In this document: positions 49,409-61,400 of the stretch, piece by piece
Numbering within the stretch: position 1 is the first letter of the stretch
Layout of the letters: the number at the start of each line of letters is the position of its first letter
DNA from: Octopus sinensis
Lineage: Eukaryota
Length of the DNA stretch: 64,000 nucleotides
NCBI RefSeq assembly: GCF_006345805.1
Contig: NC_043007.1
Location: forward strand, 60,574,001-60,638,000
Direction of reading: 5' to 3'
Translations under genes and position numbers: made by a program
Notes under the pieces: model-generated
What the model saw: the letters and a program-made list of their open reading frames with translations, nothing else
Told to the model about the DNA's origin: nothing
Databases searched by the model: none

Positions 49409-52400
49409 CATACATACATACATATGTAAAAGGTAGACTGTATGATGCATGTGTACGAACAGCCATGCTACATGACAGTGAAACATGGGCCGTGACTGCT
49501 GAGGACATGCGTAAGCTCGCAAGAAATAAAGCCACCATGCTCCGATGGATGTGTAATGTCAGTCTGCATACTCAACAATGTAAGTACCTTGCGAGAAAAG
49601 TTGGACCTAAGAAGCATCAGATGTGGTGTGGAAGAGAGACTACTGCACTGGTATGGTCATGTGGCGACAATGGATGAGGATAGCTGTGTGAAAAAGTGCC
49701 ACACCCTAGTGGTTGAGGGAACCTGTGGAAGAGTTAGACCCAGGAAGACCTGGGATGAGGTGGTGAATCATGACCGAGACCTTTGGAAATATGCTGTGCT
49801 TGAGAAGACTCGGCAAGCAAAGTGAGACCATAACTTCGTGGCCTATGCCAGGGGTATAACCGGCCCACTTATGAGTACCTTTCCTTCATTGGATACTAAC
49901 CTCTGCTTGCAAAGACCTGTTGAGGCAAGTGAAATCGAAATCAAATTCGATGAATGACATGCGTGCTAGTGGAGCGCTAAGAGCATGATCGTTACCAGAG
50001 CAGCTAACTGGCTTCCATGCCGGTGGCACATAAAAAGCACCATTCAAGCGTGCTCGTTACCAGCGTCGCATTACTGGCACTTGTGCCAGTGGTACGTGAA
50101 AAAAACATTAGAGCGAGGTCGTTGCCAATGCCGCTGGACTGGCTCCTGTGCACACATGTATGTATATGTATAAAAATTTGAAAGCTCCAAGATAATGTAT
50201 GATTAATTCAAAATATTGTGAATGAATAAGTATAACATTGTTCAGAGTAATTTGAATGCTAAAGGGTTATATCAATGTTGTTGACATGATTATAAAGTGA
50301 ACTTGTTTACCATTCAGCTATGGCTGTGCCTAGTAATGATTATTTTAAATGGCTTCTAGGGCCAAACAGAATGCACTTGTTTTAGTTTTAACGTAAGAAC
50401 TTATATCAAGTTACTTGCCAACCACATACAATTTTCAGTATCTAAACCTATAATATAAATTTCTGCTACGGCATGTATTTCTGGTTGTAAGGTATGTTTT
50501 CTTTTAATTTTGTATTAGATTATACAGAGAGAACGCAATTTACGGAAAAAAACTGAGGTGACTAAATTGTTTCAATTTTGTGTTAGCTTGGTTTATGTGT
50601 TTATTTTGTCTGTTTTAGCGCATTATTTCTTGCTTTCATTTCAGCTTTGCTTTATTTTTTCCTTATTCATGCTTCATAGCTTGCTGTAGTATAAAGTTTC
50701 ATTGTTGACCTTAGAATTTGTGTTAAATTGTTTGCAGTAGCCTTCATAGTTGCTTATGTATTCATATTTCCCTACTTGCTGTAGTATTTCTATTTTTTCT
50801 GCTTGATGTAGCTTCCATATTTGCCTATACATCCTTATTTTTTACCTGCTTGCTATTGCATTCATGTTTGCCTGCTTGCTGCCACATTCATGCTTGCCCA
50901 CTTGCTGTAGCATTCACTCTTGCCCGTTTGCTATAATATTCATGTTTCATTGCTTTCACATGGATTTTAATTCCCAATGCTTTCTACATCAATTATATTC
51001 ATAACTGTTGTTTATTTGTTTACTGCAGCATTTGTGTTAATCTGTTTCCTCTGTCACTTAATTTTGCTTGCTTGTTGTAGCATTCATTTTTGCATATTTA
51101 CTGTACCATGTTTTCTCAGGTAGGCATGTTTTCTCGTTTTAGCATTCTTCACTTCTTGAGTGCTATACCATTCATATCCTCCTGCATGCTAACAAGTGTT
51201 TGTATCCAATTAATTGTAGCATTTATGTTGCTGAAGTGACATTAATATTTTGCCTGGTTATTGTTTTCTTAATAATATTTTCATTATCTGGCAATATGGA
51301 ATTATGCAAGTGTTAAAGCTGCCATTAAGCCAAGATTGCAATATGGTTTTAATCACTAGTTAAGCTATTTCACTTCATTCCTCCTAAACTAAGTGATTAG
51401 GAAAATATGAACATCACAATATTCTATTTTGAGTTTAGTGGAAAGAAAATTTTATATATGGGCAGTTGAGAAGCAAAGAAAAAATAAAGAAAACAAATAG
51501 AGCAACTGACTATAAATTGCTAAGTTTTATCACTACTTTTTGTGTTCTGACCCCATTGAAGTTGACTTTTTTTCCATACATCCATGGTAAATAAAATAAA
51601 TACTATTCATGTACTATTTATAAAATGGAAGAGGTGGGGTGCCAACTTAGGACATCATTATTTGTGGAGATCAAATTATAGTTAGAGCCCGTTATTTTAT
51701 GTTGTGGATACTCTTGGAAAATGTATAACTGTCCCAAATTTCTATTCCAGTTTCAGATCCTTCTTTTTCTTCTTACAATCGTTGTTGTTCAAAACAAATT
51801 TAATCTAGTTAGGCTAGTTTGTAACCAATGCTATGCAAAGCTAAAGAGGTGAATATATTCTGTTATTCACACAGAAAGCCAGCAATTGCTATTGTAGGCA
51901 GAAGGATGAGGGGCTACTTTTTCTCTGAAGAGTAGCCAATCAGCCATAAAACACATCAGGGCAATTTCCTTATTTTTCTGTATACAAAAAGAATAAGGTG
52001 TATTCACATTTGTTAACTTACCACAGCATAGGGATTACAAATTGTAATCTAACTAAATGAAATTTTATTGTATATTTTCTCATATACTGTGGATAAAAAT
52101 ATTTTTGCTAGAATTTTTATTTTCTGATTTAGGCATAAGATTAGCAGTTTTGAAGGGAGGATATTAATTGACACCACTGAGCCCAGTATTTGACTGGTAT
52201 CTTATTTTACCTTACCTCAAAAGGGTAGGATTTGAACTTGGAATATAAAGCTCAAAAACTGATGCTGCAAGGCATTCTGTTTGATATTCTAATAAGTCTG
52301 TTAATCCATCACTATTAAATGTTTCTATTTTAGTCATAAGGCCTGAAATCTGGAGCAAGATGGACTAGTTAATATCATGGACTCCCAGAACAAGACCAGC

Positions 52401-55400
52401 AATTTTAAGTGGTGGGGTTAGTCGCTATCATCAACCCCAGTACTAGACTGGTACTTATTTCATCAACCCTGAAAGGATTGAAAGGCAAAGTTGATCATGG
52501 CAGGATTTGAATTCAGAGTTATAAAAGAGCCTGAAGAAATACTGCAAAGTATTTTATCCAACGTTCTAGCAATTTTGCAAATTTGCTGTCCTTAGATAAT
52601 TGTTTTATTGGCTTAGTCAAAAACTATGGACCCAATAATGATGATGATGATAATGTTTCAAATTTTGACACAAGGTCAGCAATTTTCATGGGAGGAGTAG
52701 TCAGTTACTTCAACTCCAGTATTTTTTTTGACTCCAAAAGGATGAAAGACAAAACTGGCCTCAATGATATTTGAACTCGGATTGTAATAAGCCAAGCGAA
52801 ATGCCATTAAGCATTTTGTCCAGTGTGTTAACTGCTTTTCATCCCTCTGAGTTTAATCTGGTTTTTCATCCATTTAAGGATGATTAAAGGAAAACTAGAA
52901 ACGTACAATAATCAATTCAATTTACTACAACCTTGATTTATCACCTCTTACAAGCCGCATGCATTGTGCCTAAATTAGAAATTATTTGCTTTTTTTTGTT
53001 GCTTCTTAGCATTATTGTTTACTGTTGCATGTTTATTTTTAATATTTTTGTTTATTATTCAATATCATTTTCTCAGATGTAAATGCTGATGTATGTAATG
53101 GCAATGTCAAAACCATTAACATTTTTCTTTTAGAAGACTTGATATGCTAGAGGGGTTTACTTATTTCAGTCATTTGACTGTGGCCATGCTGGGGCACCAC
53201 CTTGAAAGGTTTTAGTCAAACAAATTGATTCCAGGGCTTGTTTTGAAACTTAGTACTTATTCCATTGGTCTCTTTTACCAAATTGCTAGGTTATGGAGAC
53301 ATAAACACACTAACACTGATTGTCAAAGGTGGTTGGGGACAGACAGACACACACAGATAAATATACAGCTGGCTTCTTTCAGTTTATGTCTACCAAATCC
53401 ACTTACAAGATTTTGGTCAGCCCAAGGCTATAATAGAAGACATTTGCCCAAGGTACAATGCAATGGGATTGAACCTGGAACCATAGGGTTGAAAAGTAAG
53501 CTTCTTACCACAGAACCATACCTGCACCTGTGGTAAATTGTCCATCTTAACCTGCTGCCGTATCTACATAATTATGAAGTTATTGCCATTACCAAATATA
53601 TTTATTGAGGAAGAATTGAAGGCACCAAGGAAAATCGAATTTAGATGTTTACTTCAAATGAGTGTGTGTTTGTGTGTGTGTGTATATATATATATATAGG
53701 TGCTCATGCTAAATTTGACAGTTTGCAAAAAAGGAAAAGAAAATAATACCCTATCTAAAAATAAAAGAATTTTTTTTTTAAATCGAAATATATCAACTAA
53801 ATTATGGCTGGAAGATAACAGTTTACTCAGATGGCTCATGAACCTGGTACATGCATTCCTCATTTTGTTCCTGGTAAGATCTTCAAACATCCTTTATCTT
53901 GGCCACCAGCTCAGCCTTGGTGTTGCAGGCAAAACAGTTGGTGTATTTCTCAACCGCACTCCAGACATAGTAATCCATGAGATTAGAATCAAGGGAATTG
54001 GGAAGCTGGAAATTGGGGTTGGTGAAGTTGTAGAAATTCTCCAACCCCCACTTCTGACTCTTTCTGAAGGTATTGCAAGGAGCCAAATCTTGCTGCTTCA
54101 CATATGACCTTCAAGCAGCATCCCTCTCCAGCCAGGATTTGACCACAGTCTCCAATTTCATGTAGGCCATCTGAATTGAGCCTAAGGCCATGGTCACTGA
54201 TGTGTGGCAGCATGACAAAGTATTTTTCATCTGAGAAAACCCAGATCATTCCCAGTTCAATGGGATGCCTCAGCTTGTTCAAGCACTTTACTTTCATCAA
54301 GTGGTTCGCCTTGGCTGTTAGAATTTGTCCCTTATGCCTCCTGTATAAATGGAAGTGAAGGTCCTTGTTTAGGGCTAGCTTCATGTTGGGGACTCTCTTG
54401 CCAAAGCCTGGATTCTCTTGCTCAAATCTTCCATCACCTTGTCCAGCAGCTATTGGATGAATTCTAACCTGTAGATGCAGTCAGAAGATCTGCTATGCCT
54501 CTTCTTGCTTGCCATGGCTTTATAGACTCTGTTACAGCTGTCCATATCATGTCTTACAACGTTTACAGGTGTTCACAGAGCATTGTGAATCATCATGAGG
54601 TCAGCATTTTGACATACCATATGAATCATCATGACACAGGTAACTCTTTTCTGATATTCAAATGGTTTCCAGTCCTCCATGTCAGCTAACTTTTTAATCT
54701 TTATGCTCTCCAATGCTATTGACTTCACCAATACACTAAACTGTTTCTAAAAAAAAATCATCAAATTTAGCCCCAAAACCCTGTAAGTGCATGTATGTGT
54801 ATAAAGTAAAAAAAATAAATATATTTCCAATTGATGAGAATTTACAACTTGAATAGCCTAGTGGCTTTGAAACATACATACACACATACATATATGTACA
54901 GTAACAAGGTTGTTAGGAAACCTAGTGAGTCAGTCAGTAAGGTATCTAGGTAGACTGGATCACAGCATACTCAAAAATTTTATTCTGTGTATTTATTTTA
55001 AACATTTTCAAATTTTAGGAAGAAATTGATAAGAAAAATATCCTTCTCCGGAAACTGGGCAGTGATTTGAATACTGAACGACATCTTCGGTCTGAAATAG
55101 AATATGATCTTGAAGAGAAGAACAAAACTATATCTTTGAAAGGTAATTTAATATATACCTCTCCTTTCTAGGTGTTTGATGTAGTTTAACCATAGATTAT
55201 CCTGGATTAAACAAGCCTCTGACCAAAATTAGCAAGCTTTTGTGATCACTCCATATTTGTGTATATCCCTGATTACATACGTGCTCTTGATTGTAGTGTG
55301 TGGTTTGAAAGAAATTTGGCTGCTATTTCTAACAAGTTGGGTGATCACTAAGAGACTTCCTTATTGCTAGAATCTAGATATTTTACATGTAAAAGTGTAA

Positions 55401-58400
55401 TTTGACAAGCTTTAGATATTCCATATGAACCCTTTCATTGGATATGAATACATTCATCTATACACAAAGTGTTCATTACTCTTCTTATCAGACATTATCA
55501 TCATCATCATCATCATCATTTAGCGTCCGTTTTCCATGCTAGCATGGGTTGGACGGTTCTACTGGGGTCTGTGAAGCCAGAAGGCTTCATCAGGCCCAGT
55601 CAAATCTGGCAGTGTTTCTACGGCTGGATGCCCTTCCTAACGCCAACCACTCCGTGAGTGTAGTGGGTGCTTTTTACGTGCCACCCGCACTGGTGCCAGA
55701 CAGAGCTGGCAAACGGCCACGAACGGATGGTGCTTTTTATGTGCCACCGGCACGAGGGCCAGGCGAGGCTATAAATAATATATACAAGCATATATATGCA
55801 CTGTAAAGTGTGTCGTGTAACCAAAAGTCCAGACTCAGTAGTGCATTTCCTCGCTCTCCTCCTGTATCCAGTGCAGTTAGATGAGGGCCATCAAACTTCA
55901 GGATAAATTTCTATGAGAATATGAATCATGTAACAATATTACTAAAATACAGAATGCATATTTGATGTTTTAAGCTTTATAAAACATACACCTAATTTGC
56001 TTTCTCACCACTTCATTCCATGTCTTCCTGGGTCTACTTGTTCCACAGGTACCCTCCACAATTAGATATTAGCACTTCTTTAAGCAGCTGTCCTCATCCA
56101 TCCACCCACATATATACATATTCTCTCATTATTTTGTGTTCACTTTTATTTTTCCTATTTCTATTTCTTTGGGTTTTTTTTTCTTCTCTATTTTCTGGAT
56201 TCTTTAGATGACAAGATTCGAGAACTGAACAACCAAATTCGAGATTTGAAGAAGTTGCAAGACCAGTTGGATGAATATGACAACATTAAGAATCAATACG
56301 ACCAATTAGTTGCTGATGCTGATAAGTATGTGTAGTTAGATCATTTGATAGATTGCTGTTTTATTATTATTATTATTGAGTGAAGGAGCAATGCATGCTA
56401 TCAAAGTGACACTGGGGTGCAAATATACAAAGCCCAATATACCTTTCAGAACTACCCGTCTGATAAGGTTACACCAGGCACATGCATCACAACCACATGT
56501 GTATGACATGATTACCTTATGTCAAGATAAACAGCACATGACCTTCAGATCAAGTAGCCCATCCTGCTCAAAAGGTCCCTAAATAAAGTTTGTGTAAGAA
56601 TGATGAACAAAACACCCATGTTTCCAGAGGTGAATTATTCAAATCCCAAAGAATTCCTTTCAACACATGTCTATGATGCTCCCCCACTGCTTGTGATCTG
56701 AGATGCACATATTGTCAGCCACTAAGGGACATACTCAACTGGTTATGGTCAAACAACTGACAATCAAATCTGTGGTATTGAACAATATTTTCTGTAGTCC
56801 ATTATTATTATTAAGGTGGCAAGTTGGCAGAATCATTACAATACCAAAATGCTTAGTGGGATTTCATCTATCTTTATGTTCTGAGTTAAAATGCCACTGA
56901 GGTTGACTTAGCCTTTCATTTTTTTTCTTTTTTTTTTGAGGGGTGGGGAATAAAATAAATACCAGTTGAACACTGGGGTTGATGTAATTGATCTAACCCC
57001 TAAATTTGAAACCATTATTGTTAATTTTATCTATATCTACATCTAGCACACTATCTGGTATCTTATTGATTCTTTACAGATCACTTGTCTGTTATAAAAC
57101 TTCAAGTGTTCAATTTTGTTTTTATCTGCTAGAATTCCGAGTTCATCATCAGCATTTAGTGTCCATTTTCCATTCTGGCATGAGTTGGACAGTTTGACTG
57201 GAGCTGGTCAGCCAAGGAACTGTCCAGATTCCAATTGTCTGTTGCGTGTTTTCTATGGCTGGATGCCCGTCCTAATGCCAACTACTTTACAATGTATGCT
57301 GGGTGCTTTTTACATGCCACCAGCACAGGTGCATTTATTCTGTAATTTTTGTGAGATATTGTATTTCAGTTATTTTGATATGTTGTCTTACTGTCAACAT
57401 TTCCTTCATTGAAAAGCAAGGTAAACTGATACACATAAGATCAAGTATTCTATTTTAAGACACAAAGAAAAACAAATATTTGCTTGCGTGTGTGTGTGTG
57501 CACAAATCAAATCATGTTCACTGTTTTTTTTATGTCCACTCTTGCACTTTTGCATGTGTTGTTGCTTATTATTTATGGAGTCTTAGGTGGTAAGCTGGCA
57601 GAATTGTTAGTGTGGTGAGCAAAATGCTTAACAGCATTTTGTCAGTCACTACATTCTGAGTTCATATTCTGCCGAGGTCAACTTATCCTTTCGGGGCCAA
57701 TGAATTAAGTCCCAGTGAAACACTGGGATTGATGTAATTAACTAGTTCCCTCCGCACAAAACTGCAGGCCTTGTGCCTTTAGTAGAAAGGATTATTGTTT
57801 GTGGAATCTGATGCTGACCATTTTTGTCTTCATTTCTGAATCCTTGATGATCGTACATCTTACTTGTTAATGTACAGCTCCAGTTGTAAGTAGGACATGT
57901 AAATGTTTAGTTGGAAGTTGCAGATCTAATTCTGAGTATGTCTCTCTTTTTTTGATAGTGACCTGTGTATTTCTCCACTATATCTCCACTCTCCAACAAT
58001 GAGACTGCCAAAGGGAATGGCAAACAATAATGTCTTATATTTAGGAAGAACTAAAGTTACTTCCCTTCAAAATTCTTTTCATCATTTCTTTGCTTCCTAC
58101 TATGGTATTACTGAGCATAGAATATCATACAAGGAAGATAAGAGTTAGACATATACAGTTCATATCTAACCTCTCTCAAGTGCTTCTGGTGTTGGTTCAA
58201 ATGAGGATTTCTCTGTGAGTAATCCTATATTACTGGGTAACTGAAAGGATCTTCAGGGAACACTAATCTCTAAAGATTGTATGTGCCACTTGTATGGGGT
58301 TTCTATTTTACATCCATGCAGGAAAGTGGAAACAGAGTGTTTGGTATACAAGACTTCTGGTATCGAAGTTGATCTTGTGAATTAGAAATATTCTATTTTT

Positions 58401-61400
58401 GTGCTTTTCAAAGGATACAGAGAAATGAACTTGTAAACAGTGCCTCACAAATAAGAAGATACAGACAGAACATAGTGCAAGTTGTTGTATATTTGTTTAT
58501 ATTTATTCTATTTTTCTTTCTAGGGTGAAAAGTCAGCATGATGAACTTAAATTATTAAAATTGGAAAACACTTCATTAAAGAATGAAAATGCTGAAGTGT
58601 ATGAAGAACTGAAGAAACTGAAGGAAGTAGTAAGTAAAAATTGGTAAAAAAATATCTAATGGTTAGTTGAGTTGATGTTTTGATTATTAACTATGTTCCA
58701 CATTGGTTACTTTTTAGTTAGCACATGATATTGTATTTATAAGGTGGGATAAATTAATTACAAGATAATTGGCAATTAATTTTGCTAATTCTTAGCTAAG
58801 TGATGTGGAACAAGTAGAGTTCATACCCAAGGATAATTTTAATTAAAGTTGCATCCTTAAGCAAAGTGAATAAGACAGTCAACATTGAGATACCTGTTGA
58901 CTTAGCCTATTTATATGTATCAATATTTGTAATTATTTATATAAATGCCTCACTGTTTAGAAAATGGTTGTGCTGTCACTGTGTCACCTCACATCTTTCA
59001 GAAATCACAACTGAAGGTGGCTCAGTTAGACCAAGTTAAGAACTTGAAGGAGCTACAATTAGAACAGAGGAAAAGTTCTAATCTCCAATTGCACTTGGAT
59101 CACAAGCAGAAAATCTTGGATGAGACAATTCAGAGCAAGAATTTTACAGAAGACAATTTGGCAAAACTGAGAGAAATGTACGAAGTATTGAAGAGAGATC
59201 ATGAAGAAACACTTGCATTTCAGTCAGGTGATTATAAATTTTATTTCTAAATGATCTAAGAGGGGACAGACAGACAGTCAAAAGAAACTGCCACAAACTC
59301 CACCTAAACACACAATTCTGTGAAATGGCTTTATGCAAAATTAAATTTGGTTTGGCAGTGTGGTAAGAAGTTTGCTTCCCAACCACATGGTTTTGGGTTC
59401 AGTCCCACTGCATGGTACCTTGGGCAAGTGTCTTCTACTATAACCTCAGGCTGCCCAAAGCCTTGTGAGTGGATTTGGTTGGCAGAAACTGAAAAAAGCT
59501 CATCATGTGTGTGTGTGTGTGCGTGTGTGTTCACCCACAACAGGTGTTAGTGTGTTTACATCCCTGTAGCTTAGTGGTTCTGCCAAAGAGACTGATAGAA
59601 TAAGTACTAAGCTTGAAAACGAAATAATAAGTCTTGGGTTTGATTTGTTCAAGTAAAACCATTCAGTCTGGGCACAGTCAAATAACTGAAATGAGTAAAA
59701 GGTAAAAGATAAATCCCTGAAAGTAGATTTATATCTACCATTGGGTCAGTGATTGAAAATGTTATATAACTCCATAAAGACTGTTCAATTGGTAAAATAC
59801 TCATTCACATAATTACCAAATTTGGTAGGCAGAAACTGAAAGAAACCTGTTGTGTTTGAGCTCAAAGAAACGTAGGAGAATGATTGCAGAAATATGAAAA
59901 AATAACAGTGAAGAATAATCATAATCCAAATCTCTTCATATATTCATCAAATAATACTGATTGTTTAATAATTACTGGATTATTATAGTAAAACTGTCCA
60001 GAACAAGATATCTGCAAATAATCAATAAAACAATTTGTTCTTATTTAGAATAAAAATATTTAATCATTTCATAATTTTAGCTTTTACTTGTTTCAGTCAT
60101 TAGATTGCGGCCAAATGACTCGACTCCAGTATCTTTTTTCTTTAAAGCCTGGTACTTCATCTGTCAGTCTCTTTTGCCAAACCGTTAAGTTATGGGGATG
60201 TAAACACACCAACATCAGTTGTCAAGTGGTAATAAGGAACAGACACACACGATAGGCTTCTTTCAGTTTCCTTCTACCAAATCCTCTCACAAAGCTTTGG
60301 TCAGCCTGAGGCTATAGTAGAAGATACTTGCCCAAGGTGCTGCACAGTGAGACTGAACCCAGAACCATGTGGTTAGGAAGCCAGCTTCTTACCACACCAT
60401 CACGCCTACAACTTGATAGTATCTTGGTGCACAGAAAGCAAGAAGTTTGTGGAGTAATGTAGATGATGGCTGTTAGTTAATAAGCTTTTTTTTTTTCTTT
60501 CAGAAAATCAACCAGCTGGAGAAAATATGAGTGTTGTAACAGACTATTTAATGACTGAATTGAAGACAGAACTGGACGATATCAAGACAACATGGATTGC
60601 TCCAGATATTCATGAGCAGTTAAAAATTGATCTCTCGAAACTCACATCTGAACGAGCCATCTTAGAAGTAAGATACTTTCTGAATGCGTTTGTTGTCGGA
60701 AGTATGTATACAGTTATATAGCTTCAGGTCTACCACAATCAGGCAGACATATGTCTGCTATTGAGAAACAATCTTTCTATGATGTTTCAATATGTCCCGC
60801 CTTTTTTAAGACTGTAGGATCTATCTGCTATTTTCTGTAGGTTAAGCTACCAAATAGAAAGCTTCCTTGTTGGCTCATATATAGTTGTATTAATCTGTAG
60901 CATGAACTTTGTTTAGATGGTGTTAACTTTTTCAAATCAACAGTTGAAAGCAGTAGCTGCTTAGAATGCAAGGATTGATATTCTACGAATTACATTACTC
61001 TACTGGTAGAAGACTGTAAGTATCTGATAACTTTCCAGATGCCCAGTTTTCAAGGAGGCTTGACCCAGGTTTGCAACTCCATCAAATATATGAGTAACTA
61101 TGAAACAAACTTAGCAAAAGGCAACTAAACTACACTTAGCATTTAAGAATTTCTGAAGTTGCTACATCATCAGGGATAACATCTCAAGTGTCTCTGCAGA
61201 TTGATTGTTGGGAGCAAGCACTTGTATCTGACATAGCAAGCACTTGCTCTTGGCACAAGAAACAAAAGAGCTTGTGTTTCAATTGAGTCAGATGTAACAA
61301 AGTATATTTGGGTTTAGGTGCAGGTGTGGCTATATGGTTAAAAAGTTTACTTTGGAACCTCGTGGTTTCAGGTTCAGTCCCACTGCATGATACCTTGGGC

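Noticed and set aside
53077-53090. 14-nt micro-exon of the NuMA-like gene (tttctcAG...GAT|GTATGT)
   Set aside because: Needs a phase-1 upstream exon. The flanking exons are phase 0, where it reads ATG TAA.
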